From Negaprion brevirostris (taxonomy: Eukaryota), in NCBI GenBank assembly GCA_030324005.1, contig JARDVH010000073.1, positions 80,449,127 to 80,513,126 on the forward strand: DNA of 64,000 nucleotides. Reading direction: 5' to 3'. Position 1 is the first letter of the stretch. Each line of letters opens with the position of its first letter. The notes below the pieces were generated by a model. It was not told the origin of the DNA and did no database searches. It saw only the letters and a program-made list of their open reading frames with translations. Of the stretch, positions 26,235-40,110 are shown in pieces. The translations under genes were made by a program, and so were the position numbers.

Positions 26235-29200
26235 CTCATGCCTGCAAGAGAAATGGTGGGTCAATTAGGCTCCTTTCATAGAAGAAAATGAATCATGGAG
26301 TTCCTATTCAGATTGATTTCAGTACTTTGTACAAGCAAATAAAATTGCAAACAAGTTGCTCGTACTAGCTTTTCTCAGTATGACAGAAAGTAAAACATTC
26401 ACCAGAGCTTGGTTCATCGAGCAAAGCCAGGCACCAAAACTTACAATGAACTGGCAAAGATCCTTAAAAAGCAATACCCTTCAAAGCCACTGATCATCAT
26501 GGAATAGTTCATATTCCACTGAAGAAATCAAATGGAAGGCGTAAGCATTGCTCAGTTTGTAGCAATCTTAAAATGGCTGGCACAACATTGTGAGTTTGGT
26601 GGGTCATTAGAAAATACTCTTTGAGATTGTCAAGTTATGTCCTCCAAAATGAAACTATCCAAAGAAGATTGCTTAACAATGTGTTTTGACTCGGACGGCA
26701 TAGTGGAACAGTGGTTAGTATTACTGCCTCTCGGCATCAGAAACCCATGTTCAATTCTGGCCTTGGGTGACTGTCTATGTGGAGTTTGTATGTTCTCCGT
26801 ATGCCTATATGGGTTTCCTCTGGGTGTTCTGGTTTCCTCCCACAGTCCAAAGATGTGCAGGTCAAGTGGCTTTTTTCTGCACAGTAGCGATTCTATGGAC
26901 TTGAAAGACAGCAGAGAAATCACAGTGCCAATGCAACAGGCTGCTAAAAGGCTTCACCATTTGGTGCAGGAAAAAAGATCCATAAGTTGTGAACTGCCCA
27001 TAAGAAGTCAAAATAGCACGAGCATATCACAGATGTGCCAAAATGGGCCAGTCAACGAGTGAATGCTGGAGCAAGGATAGTCAATGCAAACCTTGTAACA
27101 AAATGGGTCACATTGTAAAAGCTTGTTGGGCTAGACCAGATTCCTTTGAGAAAAATGTTTAGAAGAAGAATCTGGTACCTTCAAGAAGAACAACAAATTG
27201 CATTCTACAACAATAACTTACAACATGGAAGAAACAAATTATGATTGTGAGGAGGATGTCAAAAAATATGATGAAGAGCTCCAACTGATCCTTACAAGGT
27301 GATCCTTAACTGGAATCTTAGATTCTGGGTGATTCTAAAGTTTAGTGCACAATCGTTACGATGGAGATTGATTTTGATGCTGCTGTATCTTCAATCCCTG
27401 AGACTACATTCCCACAAAAGCTGAAACATCTCCCTTTAAAACTAGCTGATGTGATTTTATCATGCCGACATAAGGTTACATCATGGTCGACATAGCATTG
27501 GGTGGACAGTCAACAGAACTGCCTCTCCGTTTGGTCATGGTAATTTTCCAGCTCCATTTGAAACATCCTGGTTGGAGAAGATTAAGCTTAACTGGTGTGT
27601 TGCCAACACACTGGTTGATGTCAAAACAGACCTACAGCACCTTCTGGCTAAATATAAGAATGTGTTTGAAGAGACACTTGGCTCAATGAAGGGAGTTCAA
27701 GTGAAATTGGAATGAAGCCTTATAGTCAACCAAAAAGTCTCAAAGTAACAGCACTGCCATATGTAATTTGTCTGAAGGTCAAAGAAAAATTAGTATGACT
27801 TACTAACAGTGGTGCAATAGGACAGGTTTCAATGGGTGACTGAGCTGTCCCTGTTAAACATGTCATAAAATCAAATGGTTTAGTTCATATTTGTGGTGAG
27901 TTTAAAACAACCATAAATCCGGTGTTGTGTGCTGATCAATATCCGCTTCCTTTAATTGAAGTTTTGTTTAGTAGGTTATCAGGTAGCCAGAAATTCAGCA
28001 AGATTGCTCTTTCACAAGCATATTTTTAGGTGAGTGTAGCTGTTAAAACTCAACCATTGCTTATCATTGTTGCTCACAAAAGTCTTTTTTGTTATAAAAG
28101 ACTGCCTTTTGGAATAATATCTGCACCAGTCCTATTCCAAAGCTCGCTGAACCAGATTTTAAGTGGTCTCTCTGGTGTACGAAGTTACCTGCATGATACT
28201 CCAATTACAGGGTCCAGTGAAAGGAATAATTTAGAAGCAACATTGGAATGTCTTCAAGCAGATGGTTTGCATAGCAAGAAAGAAGTGTTTTTTTTCCAAA
28301 TGTCAGTACAGTGTTTGGCCTACAAAAAGACCAACATAAGGCACCTAAAAAGACAGATACAATTTTAGAAGCACCACATCTGATGAATGTGACACAATTG
28401 ATATCCTTTTTAGAATTAGTAAATTATTATGGCTATTATTATTAGCTACATGAATGAAGACATTGCATTATTTACTGTGTGTGAAACAATCATGGAACTG
28501 GGCAACAGAATGTGAGAATGGATACAAGGATATCAAAGCTGCTTTGCAGAAGTCTTAAGTATTGGTTCATTTTAATCCAAAGCAACTATTACTGCTTGCT
28601 TGTGATGCTTCACCTTATGGAGTATGGGAAATTTCACATATTGTACCTTTGGGAGAAGAAAGACCAATCGCTTTTGCTTCATGTACTCTGATTTCTACTG
28701 AATCTAACTATGCTCAGCTAGAAAAAAGAAACCTTGACTATAATTTTTGGTGTATAAAGGTTTCATCATTATTTATATGGTCACTGTTTCACATTATTGG
28801 TTGATCATTGACCATAAACTATTACTTTTGCACCGTATAATGACATACTGTTGTTAGTTGCTTGCCAATTGCAAAGATGGCCACTGATCTTATCTGCATG
28901 CTCCTGAATATAAAATATCATCAATCAGAGTGTCATGCTAATACTGGTGCATTGACATAATTAACTTTATCTATTGAGCAGATGTCACCTACTAGTTTTG
29001 CTAATGTTCTTTATTTTTTGCTGGGAGATCATTTGCCTGGACAGCTTCTCAACTTCAGGGACATAATAGATCTTGTGATGGGAAAGATAACGAATATGGT
29101 ATTAAAAGGAATGATTGCATCCTGATTTGAAACTTATGTGTCAAGAAAGCTTGAGTTGACTGTTCAAAGTTAGTGTCTATTGTAGGAAATACCTAGGTGA

Positions 29201-29285
29201 TCATTCCTTCTAATTTGCTTGGAAGAATCCTTGAACAACTACAAGAAGGACATCCTGGTCTTGTCCGGTTGAAGGCATTACCATA
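26235..29285 (+). mobile_element. Decayed Ty3/Gypsy gag-pol internal region
   Basis: Frameshifted motifs in order: gag GQLGSF..ESWSSY..FQYFVQANKI; zinc knuckle CKPCNKMGHIVKAC (~27084); protease MEIDFDAAVS (27361); RT ICGEFKTTINP..YPLP..YKRLPFGIISAPVLFQ..YLHD; RNase H LACDASPYGV..RPIAFAS..NYAQLEK; integrase start GHPGLVRLKAL (~29250), then truncated. No flanking LTRs recognised. Confidence 0.9.
26694..26898 (+). mobile_element. HE1-like V-SINE (3'-deleted) inserted in the Gypsy gag
   Basis: CAGTGGTTAGTATTACTGCCTC..GTGGAGTTTGTATGTTCTCC..GGTTTCCTCCCACAGTCCAAAGATGTGCAGG joined to tail TTCTGCACAGTAGCGATTCTATG. Confidence 0.85.
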
Positions 29286-29370
29286 CCACAATACTTATCT
29301 AGATTTATTTAAAATATCCTTCCATTTTTGTTAAATTACAGATGATTTACTTCCTGCGTTATTGTACATT

Positions 29371-30376
29371 GGGTTGGATTTTACAACCACAAATGGGTGG
29401 GTTGCCCATCCGCCCCCTCACGCTTAGGTAAAATATGATGTGAAGGCATCAGGTCGATAACTCAACATCATCCTGCCAGTCTTCCGATAATAGAGCAAGC
29501 AAGCATGTCAAAAGCAGAAGCTCGCTCACCCTTTTGAGAAAAACAATAAGCAAGCTATTGAGCTCATTTAAAAAAAACTGACCAATTTTCCACTGCCCAC
29601 TCCATTTTTTGCTGGTGGCATAGGGTGCAAATTACATCAGGTATGAGAAGGTGGCATAAACGTGAATGAAAAAACCTGCATATGGGACCATGACTGCATG
29701 TGGCAGCAGAGACTGCTGCTCATAGTGATACCTTTTGTCTGTTCCTAGACTTTATTTGTTCATAGAGAATTATAGAATCATAGAAGCCCTACAGAGCAGA
29801 AAGAGACCATTCAACCCATCAATTCTATACCAACAATACCCAGGCACCACCACCCCTCCCCCCACCCCCCAACACTATGATCAATTAACCTAACCCACAC
29901 ATCTGTGGAGTGTGGGAGGAAACTGGGGGATCTGGTGGAAATCCACATAATCATGGGGAGAACGTGCAAACTTCACGTTATGTGAGACGGACAGTTACCC
30001 AAGGCTAGAATTGAATCCAGGTCCCTGGTGCTGTAAGGCAGCAGTGCGAACCACTGTGCCTCTGTGCCACCCATTTATAGGTTGACGTAACAATTAAAGA
30101 GTGAGTGAGAGGGAAAGAAACCTTCGAATTGGTGGCTGGAACCAACTTTAGGATCATGGCCCATCTCCTTTCTTGCCATATGTTCCACTTCAGTCACAAG
30201 ATTTGACTGAAGCCTCTTTCACAATCCTAATTGGTCAGTATTTCTGTTGGTTGACCACAATTTAGGCAGCCAGTGTTTGACTTGATGTATTGAAGTGGCA
30301 GGGTTGGGAGCAAACTGACTACAAACTTCCCATTCCACCTCTCTTGCCCTGCTGGAAACCATAAAATTCAGCACAC
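29371..30376. mobile_element. Harbinger-like non-autonomous element interrupted by a SINE
   Basis: Termini GGGTTGGATTTTA... and ...TAAAATTCAGCAC are imperfect inverted repeats of the window-wide MITE TIR type. Confidence 0.45.
29761..30072 (-). mobile_element. HE1-like V-SINE
   Basis: Tail repeat ATAGAATCATAGAAGCCCTACAG; head GGGTGGCACAGAGGCACAGTGGTTCGCACTGCTGCC on the minus strand. Confidence 0.85.
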
Positions 30377-30572
30377 TGAACTTTGTATATTGATTTCTCA
30401 TTGACAAGTACACCCTCTGGATCGATAGTGGTGAAATTATGAAGGATTGAAATTGAATCTTATCTTATGTGACCACAATAGAGTACGTAACAATTGGTCA
30501 CATTAGGACAATACATCCTCTTTATAATTGAAATTCAACATGTAATACTCGACATAAATATCTTTCACCTAC

Positions 30573-30687
30573 CTGATGTGCCTCCTATGTCCATGGCTTT
30601 CAGATTCCTTGCTTTTATAATGTTCACAGTGATTGTATTGGCAGTTGGATTATAACACAATGACAAAAGAAGCTCTCCTCGACTCCC
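30573..30687 (-). CDS. SYT7: Synaptotagmin-7 coding exon (start of C2B: [39 protein letters not shown]); missed by the ORF track
   Basis: Read by hand from the reverse complement. Acceptor tttcAG at 30689-30688, donor GTAGGT from 30572. 115 nt, phase 0 in and phase 1 out. Confidence 0.97.
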
Positions 30688-31999
30688 CTGAAATAACAGA
30701 ATCCAAGTTATTCTCATTAAGACTCACTTCTGAATTATCCATGAGACAAAGGCATCAGGGAATTAGTTAAAATATTTAACTCTCCCTCTGGGTTAATCTT
30801 AACTATCTCTCTTTGGGTTAAAATATTTATTCTGACACTAAGATTTTGATAATACTATTAATTTTTAGGTTTGTATTTGAAGTAAATTANNNNNNNNNNA
30901 TTATGAAAGTTATCTTGATGATCTTTTAAACAGTTCAGTTTGAATTTCTGCTAGTGGAACAATTAACAGTTAAGGCAGTTGTCTGGGAGGAACTGGTGTT
31001 GATGACTTTAAAGCTGAATTACGCTGTGTAATTGAAGGCTTCTTTGTCAACTTTGAAGAACTAATTAAAAGGTTTGAGCTCAGCAGTTTGGTAGCATATG
31101 GTGTCATATCTTTAAGCAAGGGCTATGTGCTTTAAGTTTCAGTTCACTAAATGTCTTCATTGGTTAACTATAGACGTAGGATAGAACATCCGTATTAAAG
31201 GAAAACCTTCCTTTGCAGACATTGTTAACATTTTGATCTTAATGGCTTAAACATCCATGGAATGGGTTAAAATGTGCTGATGTGAATTATTTACAATAGG
31301 TTGCATTATTGATCAGAAGGTGCAACATTATTTGACCACTGATCTGCATCTACTAAGACGTGTCTTCTGTTCACAATGGAATGTATCTCTGGGGAGCCCG
31401 AGAGATAGGCATTTGTCTTCAGTCTATATGACTCCAGTTACAGGGGAAGTGTTACACCAGATGACCCTCGGCATAAGCTAGTGACAAGAAGGCAGTTTGG
31501 ATTATTTCCAAATACGGGATGAGGAACAGTCAGAAGTAGCGATAAAAGTTGGAAAGCAAAATCTTTATTGATACAGTTTCATCATGGAATCTGAGGCACA
31601 GTTCCACATAACATCACTTTAGAAATGGAAGAAGAAAGACATCACTTCTGGAGACAGGACTCAAGGCATCTTAGGGCTTTGAGGAATAAGAAACTTCCAT
31701 GTTATTTTCACCTTTTTTTTTGTCAAGTGCATGCAATATCTTGCTTAATAAATTCAACTTGATTCATAAATACTAGTTATTGCACCTTGTTAGGTCAGGC
31801 ACAACGGAGGACTCTATTGTTAAAAATTAATTCAGAACTTAGATATTTGAAGTAAAAGGATTTTTAAACCTCAAAATCTCTAAACCTGAAGTGTTATAAT
31901 GTTTTAAGTCAATGCTACAGTAGTTTACATTTGTCATCAGAATCCTGAACTAAGACTTGAATTTTGTTCCCCAGCTGTCCGTTGCATTGTGAACATTGT

Positions 32000-32768
32000 G
32001 GCCGGAATTCTCCCAACAAAATTCTAAGTGTTGAATTCGCAAGAAGACTGGAGTAATTCATGCTGGTTTTTTCATGCAAGTTCAGACTAGAGTATCTCGC
32101 ACTCTGCACTGCACAGGTCATCAGTGTGAATCTCATTATAAATCAGCGGGCCTATTCGCATCTGGGCGTGCAGTGGCCCCAAACTTTCAGCCTCCCATTT
32201 GCTTGATCGTGGGTCAGCCCACAATGCTGTCCTCCCGACCCTCTCACAGCCTGATTGTGACCCCCACNNNNNNNNNNNNNNNNNNNNNNNNNNNNNNNNN
32301 NNNNNNNNNNNNNNNNNNNNNNNNNNNNNNNNNNNNNNNNNNNNNNNNNNNNNNNNNNNNNNNNNCCCAATCTCCATCCTCCACCCAGCTTGCCCCGATC
32401 ACTGGCCTCCCTCCTACCCACTGCCGCCTGACTCCCCTCCCCCCTCAACCCAGGGGCCCTGATTGCCCACCCACTCCACTCCAGCAGGATTGGGCTGCTA
32501 GCTCCCCGAAAGTAGGAAGCTACTGTAATCCCCGACAGAGTGAAACACTGGTGGCGAGGGGGGTGCGAAAAGCTAGCGGGCCCAGAGATTTAAATTACTT
32601 ACCTGTCTCCTGCTGGTATCCAGTGCAAATCTAACGGCATTGGAAATCCAGCATTGGGAGATGCGGCAGGAAGGTATCTGTGAATCCTACACGTGCCTGG
32701 CTGCAGGATTCTCCCAAGCTGCTGCACTAGAAAATTAGTGCGGTGAAGCGGTTGAATTGCTTGCCCCC
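32000..32768 (+). mobile_element. GC-rich Harbinger-like non-autonomous DNA transposon (gap inside)
   Basis: Starts GGCCGGAATTCTCCCAACAAAATTCTAAGTGTTGAATTC; its first ~150 bp align with the reverse complement of 48900-49073. Confidence 0.65.
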
Positions 32769-32789
32769 ACCACCCCCCCTCCTGTGATA

Positions 32790-33096
32790 GGATGACATGC
32801 TGGCATAGTGGTTAGCACTACTGCCAAACAGTGGCAGGGACCCAGGTTCAATTCCCAAGTTGGGTCACTATCTGTGTGGACTCTGTACATTGCCCCCATG
32901 TCTGCATGGGTTTCCTCCCACAGTCTGAAAGACATGCTGGTTAGGTGCATTGGCCATGATGAATTCTCCTTCAGTGTACCCAAACAGGCGTTGGATTGTG
33001 GCAACTGCGGGATTTTCACAATAACTTCATTGCAGTGTTAGTTTAAGCCTATTTATGACACTAACAAATAAACTTTAAATTTCAAAACTTTAAACT
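32790..33096 (+). mobile_element. V-SINE variant with a different 3' tail
   Basis: HE1-type head and V-domain, but tail GGATTTTCACAATAACTTCATTGCAGTGTTAG..AAATAAACTTTAAA; the same tail occurs reversed at 34593-34712. Confidence 0.8.
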
Positions 33097-33874
33097 TCAC
33101 AGACGTTTTAGTTTCAGCTGCTTACCACAGTGGGCATTTGTGCATTTTGTATTGGTGGTGATTAGTGATGTCCTTGCTGAAGGGTTAAATAACTTCAGTG
33201 TAAACGCTGCAAACTTACTGACTTTTCCATTTTTCAATTAGTGAAAAAGATCTGCAACATTCACAAACCAGTAAATATGTGAACAAGAATTACAGTTTCT
33301 CCTCCATTGCAATGCTCGTTCAGTAGTAAGCTGAAGCCCCAGACTAGATTTTAAGCTGGAGGTCTGCTACGTGGCTCAAAATCAATTTCTGATCCAAAAG
33401 TGACAGTGCTGTCTGCCAAGGGACAAATGATGTATGAAAGAGAATTTTAGAGCGAGGGGAAAGACATATGGTTACTTCACCAGGGAGATAACCAGAAGCA
33501 AAATCTGCTATAGGTGCCTTGAGTTATTAGATTCTCAGTGTGAAGGTGAGAATTAAATCTATTTTCATAGGTGAGAAAGATTGAAAAGGGTAATGACCTA
33601 GTCCTTCAGTTACTGAAAAGAAGAGATGGTACAAATAAATTAAAGTTCTTGCAATTTAACCAACATTTGCAGAGTTAGACATGAAAACTAAATTTATAAA
33701 AACTTCAAGTGAGTCCAGAAATTAGAAGAAATTAAGTTCATTCACGGATTAAAAAGAAAATTTATTAGAATGAACACATCAAAATATTTTAAAGCATTCC
33801 AAACAGTCCGAGGAATGTTATGTAGGACAATATGAGAGATACTCTATGGCAGGAATAAATACAAGAGGAATCAT

Positions 33875-34221
33875 TTTATTTGGGACATGGGTATTGCTGG
33901 CTGGCCAGCATTTATTGCCCATTCCTAGTTGCCCTATGGAGGGCAGTTGAGAGTCAACCACATTGCTATGAATCTGGAGTCACATGTAGGCCGGCCTAGG
34001 TAAGGATGCAGATTTTCTTCCCTAAAGGACATTAGTGAACTAGATGGGATTTTCTGACCATCAATATTGGTTTCAAGGTCATCAGTAGATTCTTAATTCT
34101 AGATTTTTTTTTATTGAATTCAAATTCCACCATCCACTGTGATGGGATTCAAACCCAAGTTCCCAGACTGAGTTTCTAGATTAATAGTCTAGCGATAACA
34201 CCACAAGGCCATCGCCTCCCC
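33875..34221 (-). mobile_element. tRNA-derived SINE (second family)
   Basis: Minus-strand head GGGAGGCGATGGCCTTGTGG.. with B-box GGTTTGAATCC. Tail GGGCAATAAATGCTGGCCAGCCAGC is shared with LINE ends at ~23460-23510, 36450-36505 and 41723-41780. Confidence 0.75.
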
Positions 34222-34711
34222 TCAATATTGATTAAGACATTGAGAATGACAAAGAGAACTCTTTCCTCTTTGTAAAACCCTCGGATTTGTAACATTCACT
34301 TGTACAGACAGGAAAGGCTTTGATCTAGCATTTCATCCAAAGGATGCCATATGTAACAATACAGCATTATATATACAAATACTAGTCAAGAACAATTAAT
34401 ATCATATAGGAAACCTAATTAGAAGCAGGATGAAAAATTACAGGGATTTTTGTATGCACATAAATGTTTGAAGTCTCTTTTATGAGACTGCAATGGTCCA
34501 ACACTTTTTAATGGTTGTAAGAACAACAGCTTGTTTCAAAAGAACATTGGTGAATGGGTCTTTTTTACACTCAGTGGTTCCAGTTGCCATAAAAGTTTAG
34601 TTTATTTATTAGCCACAAGTAAGGCTTACATTAACACTGCAATGAAGTTACTGTGAAATTCCCCTAGTCACCATGGTCTGACGTTTGTTCGAGTCAACGT
34701 ACTTAACCAGC

Positions 34712-35748
34712 ATAGAGTCATAGAGGTTTACAGCATGGATAAATGCCCTTCGGCCCAATTTGTCCATGCTGCCCTTTTTTTAAACCCCTAAGTTAATCCC
34801 AGTTGCATTTGGCCCATATCCTTCTGTACCCATCGTACCCATGTAACGATTTAAATGCTTTTTAACAGACAAAATTGTACCCGCCTCCACTACTACCTCT
34901 GGCAGCTTGTTCCAGACACTCACCACCCTCTGTGTGAAAAAATTGCCCCTCTGGACACTTTTGTANNNNNNNNNNNNNNNNNNNNNNNNNNNNNNNNNNN
35001 NNNNNNNNNNNNNNNNNNNNNNNNNNNNNNNNNNNNNNNNNNNNNNNNNNNNNNNNNNNNNNNNNNNNNNNNNNNNNNNNNNNNNNNNNNNNNNNNNNNN
35101 NNNNNNNNNNNNNNNNNNNNNNNNNNNNNNNNNNNNNNNNNNNNNNNNNNNNNNNNNNNNNNNNNNNNNNNNNNNNNNNNNNNNNNNNNNNNNNNNNNNN
35201 NNNNNNNNNNNNNNNNNNNNNNNNNNNNNNNNNNNNNNNNNNNNNNNNNNNNNNNNNNNNNNNNNNNNNNNNNNNNNNNNNNNNNNNNNNNNNNNNNNNN
35301 NNNNNNNNNNNNNNNNNNNNNNNNNNNNNNNNNNNNNNNNNNNNNNNNNNNNNNNNNNNNNNNNNNNNNNNNNNNNNNNNNNNNNNNNNNNNNNNNNNNN
35401 NNNNNNNNNNNNNNNNNNNNNNNNNNNNNNNNNNNNNNNNNNNNNNNNNNNNNNNNNNNNNNNNNNNNNNNNNNNNNNNNNNNNNNNNNNNNNNNNNNNN
35501 NNNNNNNNNNNNNNNNNNNNNNNNNNNNNNNNNNNNNNNNNNNNNNNNNNNNNNNNNNNNNNNNNNNNNNNNNNNNNNNNNNNNNNNNNNNNNNNNNNNN
35601 NNNNNNNNNNNNNNNNNNNNNNNNNNNNNNNNNNNNNNNNNNNNNNNNNNNNNNNNNNNNNNNNNNNNNNCCATCTTTCCATCGCTAACACCCGGCAAAT
35701 TAGTCATGTCCTCCTCCATGAAGACTGAAACAAAAAACTTATTCAAGG
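34712..35748 (-). mobile_element. CR1/HER1-like LINE 3' part spanning a long N gap
   Basis: RGNFFTQRVVSVWNKLPEVVVEAGTI..KKHLNRYM motif left of the gap; NKFFVSVFMEED right of it. Confidence 0.85.
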
Positions 35749-36869
35749 ATGGTTATCTTCAAGAGAGAATCAAAGTAAAATAGCTTCAACAGAAGACCAA
35801 ATGGCATTTTCTTTATTGTTTTATGATATGAGGATGCTAAGCATCACAACCATCCATTCTAAAGTCAAGGTACGTGTAGGTTTTGAATGATGGGAAAATG
35901 TGATTGATGACTTCTGCCATCTACACGTCACCAGGTTCTAAAATATTCTCAATTTTCTACCCACTTGGCACTTCAAAAATATGAACAGTAATTTTCAAAG
36001 TTTGATCTCAGTTCCTGGCAGATGGTAAGTGGCTCATAAGCAACCAGCGTGAAAAAATTTTCAAAGACGATGCCAGGTAAAGGCAACATTTTTCTTATCA
36101 GTCCACCAAGGATTACTTAATAATCACATTCCTTATACATTTCCTTCCTAAACTCAAAACGCTTGATGGAAAATGATCAAACACATGACAAGGTGAAGAT
36201 TGTACCATTTGCTTTCATCTACCTGGTACAATCAAGATTCTGCTTACCAATAATCTGTGTAGACCTTGAGAATTGAATTGAGAAGAAAGCATTTCTCAAT
36301 AGGTGAGTCAGTGCTAAACCCTCTGGGGGCAGTTAGCAGTAATATGAATGGAAGGGAATCATTTTGGTGTTAAATAAAGGAAAATTGTGTTCATTCATGA
36401 AGTTTAGTTAATGAATCAACTTTAACCTGCATGTCCTTGACTATGTTTTATTCTTTCGTGGGATGCGAGCATCACTGGCAAGGCCAGCATTTCTTATTCA
36501 TCCCTAATTTCCCAAATAACTTTTAAGTTGCATATTTTCAGCAAGAATAAGAAATGAATACGCTAAAATGCAATGGAGAAGTCAAAACTTTGAGTAGGCT
36601 GTTGTACAGGATAATCAATCAACACATTATAGGCATCACCATAACCCAAACCCACCTCTCCAATGACACAGAAGGCTTTCAAGTATAAAAATGTATAGAA
36701 TAGTGATGAACAGTCAAAGATTGCCTGGTATTTTGTGGATATTTCTTTTTTGGTAATACCTTGATTATCCATGTATTTACATATACCTTTGCTTAATCTA
36801 GCTGGAATGCAATTGAGATTTACAATTTGATTTATCAAGTTGGGATTCTTGGTAAATCAGGATAAGTAT

Positions 36870-37175
36870 CCACTGCAATAACTCATCCAGCCTCCCATTT
36901 TGGAGTAAACTACTTTGGTCCACAGATTCCTGCAGTCATGCAAACTTTCAAGAACTCCTTCAACCTGACCCCCTTGTGCTTCCTTGATTTTAAATGTTGC
37001 ACAATTGGAGATCCTTTCCATCATCTGCCTAGGCTCTAAGATCTGGAATTCTTTTCCTATTCCTCTGTGTCTCTCTGTCTCTATCTCATGATGCTGTTTC
37101 AAAATCAAGCTCATTGCCTAAACTCAGTCAGCTGCTTAATATCTCATTGTGTAGACTGGTGTCAAAGTATTCGTA
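36870..37175 (+). mobile_element. L2 3' fragment
   Basis: CCTTTCCATCATCTGCCTAGGCTCTAAGATCTGGAATTC (AFSxLGPKLWNSLP-like), similar to 6500-6700. Confidence 0.55.
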
Positions 37176-37428
37176 TAAAATAATACTGAATATATCTTCC
37201 AGGAAATTACATCCTTAGACAAATTTTAATTATTATAAGTAAAATTATAATTATTGTGAAGAACGTATTGATCAAAAGAGTACTAAGTATTTAGAATAAG
37301 CTGCCAGGAAATGTTAGCCAAAAATCTCTCTATTATAGTCTTTCAACACGGAATTGCTGAGACTGTGCTTGCAGTATGTGCAGTATGCAAAATAGGAGTA
37401 GTACAAAGGAAAGCTGAATGTTACTTAC

Positions 37429-37598
37429 ACTTCCATCACTGCATGGCTTTAGTTCTTTCCAGAATGTCTGCGTCTGTGTCAAGTCCACCTTATTTAGCGG
37501 TAATGATACCTCTCCAATGGGATCATTTCGACTGAAACGATCATAATCTAGGACTTGAAGGTACAGCACTCGCTGCACTACCTTCTCGTAGGGGAAAC
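37429..37598 (-). CDS. SYT7: Synaptotagmin-7 coding exon (second half of C2A: [31 protein letters not shown]...LKPCSDGS)
   Basis: Acceptor ctctcAG at 37600-37599, donor GTAAGT from 37428. 170 nt, phase 1 in and phase 0 out. Ca2+-binding loop DYDRFSRND is intact. Confidence 0.97.
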
Positions 37599-38654
37599 CT
37601 GAGAGTAGGAAAAGAATGCAAATAGCTGTCACACCATGGAAAGAAAGAGAATTTGTGCTTCAGGGGGTACAGAAACAAACAAAGGGAGTTGGCCTTCAGA
37701 TTTCAATTAAAAAAATCAGGCATACAAAGTCAGTGTAAAACTATGGTTAAGTACGAGTGGCTCGTTGGAATGGGTGGGGATATCCTGAGCCAGACTGTAG
37801 TAAGAAGAGCAGTCAGAGGTGATGAATTAAGATTGTTGCACAAGAAGTATATCATACAACAATAAAGCACTTTGGTATCAGTACACTTTCTCCTCACAGT
37901 GATACATTGGTATTAATGTCTCAGACTGAAATTTCAATTCAGCATCACGCATGGAGCAGATTCTTCGGTGCTTCATCTATCGCTGATGGCTGAGATAGTC
38001 TCATGTTATTTTTGCTTTGTTTGCTATATAAATAAGAATTGTTCTTGCTTTCCTTGATTTCCAGTGACAGAAAATAAGAGAAAATAAAACCCTGGTACTT
38101 GTAGTGATAGGCACTTAAAAAAAGCAACGAAGAGTAATAGAAGATAAGGAAGAAATGGGACAAGAAAGAGGAGCAAAGAAATATAATAAAATTACGTTAC
38201 AGTGAAGTTTCTGTACTTGGGTCCATTTTCCCAGCTATGTCAACAGGAACTACCTTTCCAGTACTGCCACACTTAGTATTCTGAAACATGTATTAGTGCT
38301 GTTCACAGACTACCTGCTTGTTAGCACAGTTTTAATGCCATTATGTGAATGGTGGCCCAGCAGAAACCAGTTTGTTTTAATTTTTTTGACAGTACTCTGT
38401 ACTAGCTGTCATTATACTACAATCATTGCATGTTCCTGTTCCCATTAGCAACAGCTGAACAGTAGTCATAAACACAAATTAAAAGATTGTCAACCAGGAC
38501 TTGGATATTTTGTTAATATTAGTGAAAGAAGGAAAATGTAATCTAGTGTTATGTTCAATGGATTAGCAAGGGGTGCAGTGCCACAAAAAACCGTTGTGTG
38601 CTGAATAATTTGGTTGCAATGTTCCCCCACTCACTGCCACTTGCTTAAAACTGG

Positions 38655-39417
38655 TTGGGCAGAATCTTCCCAAAATTTGTCAGAGTGCCAGTTTAAGTCA
38701 GAGAACCGAGCTGCACAACTGAGTTTTCTCTCCAAATTCTCTGGCAATTTGTGCAAGACTGGTGTCACAGAGACAGATGCCTTCTTCAAAGGGCAACCCA
38801 ATCTGCAGTAAAATGAATCTCCCTCTGCTACAGGCACACCCTTCCTGTGCAAACAAGTATTGGACCACTCTACTGCCCCCCAACTACCCCAACAATTACT
38901 GCCCAACCATCCCAAACAAGCACTTCGCACCCCACCTGCTCCATCGAGCAATGGAGCATTTCTCCACACTCGCCCCCACATCATTCCAATCATTCCAACA
39001 GTGAAGCACTTCTTCCTACCACCTTCTCCCCACAAGCACTGGAGCACTCCTGCGTCCACCCCCTCACTTCCCACCTCACCACCACCCCTCACAAGGTATC
39101 GAGGTTCCCCTCAATAGTTTCAAATTTTGCAAAAGCTGTTGTAAGCCTTCCTGACTGCTCTCATCGTATCGGTGAGGGGGGAATTTCCTATCTGGGGGAA
39201 GCATGTGGCAGGGAAGCCATGTAAATACATTTAATTTAAACATATTTAAAGTATTTAATGGTGAGGTAGGAACCTTGTTGCATCACCGGCAAGAGGCAGG
39301 GAAAATCTGAGAATGAGATCTTGCCAGCGAGATTCTTGTTCCTACCATCTTGTGGGATTTTTTTTGCCAGCGTCGCCATTTTTGCCGATGGGGCACACCG
39401 GCTGAAAATCTCCCCCA
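38655..39417. mobile_element. Harbinger-like non-autonomous element
   Basis: Termini GGGCAGAATCTTCCC... and ...GAAAATCTCCCCC. Confidence 0.55.
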
Positions 39418-39991
39418 CCCAGTTATTTCTCTAATTTCTTCTGCTTCTAATCAAAGATCATCGACACAAAATGTTAACTCTGCTTTTTTCTTTACAGATT
39501 CTGGCTGACTTAAGTGTTTTGAGCATTTTCCGTTTTTATTCACTTCTGGTGAGGAGGCCAGAAGTCAATCTTTACTAAGTTTTCAATTATTCATAAAGTG
39601 AAACATCACAAATTCATAACTTCTCACTCTACAACCCAACACCAATGTCAGTGATCTCTCTTGATATGTACTCAACTGATTATCTAATGAATGTTCCCCA
39701 TTCTGTATACACTTAACTTTAAATTATGCAATTAACATTTAATCTGTATTTTACCATAATCTTCCCTTTGAAACCACCATCATTCATCTCCTCCTTTAAC
39801 TTTATAAAGTTATTCCTGATGACTCTGGCTGGGATCTTCCTGCAGCGGAGGTGGCTTGCCGTTGGCTGCCGGCAGGATCATCCAGTCCTGCTTGAACTCA
39901 ATGGCCATTCATGTTGCTCGCTGTCTGCGCTGCCTTCCCCAGCCTTTCCAGCCTCTGTCCTTGCCAAATAACACCTCCTCTACAATCATAT

Positions 39992-40110
39992 AAAAGCAAA
40001 TTACTGTGGATGCTGGAATCTGAAACAAAAACAGAAAGTACTGGAAATCTCAATAGCACCTCTGGAGAGAGAACAAAGCTAATGCTTCGAGTCTGGATGA
40101 CCCTTTGTCA
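39992..40110 (-). mobile_element. Penelope pseudo-LTR fragment
   Basis: AAAAGCAAATTACTGTGGATGCTGGAATCTGAAACAAAAACAGAAA matches 3129-3175. Confidence 0.8.

Noticed and set aside
31383-31394. 12-mer GTATCTCTGGGG identical to the SYT7 last-exon acceptor region (17819-17830)
   Set aside because: Similarity does not extend into coding sequence; not a duplicate exon.
34780-35746. Long ORFs (273-303 aa), and likewise at 57721-58465
   Set aside because: Almost entirely X from N gaps inside CR1 LINEs.
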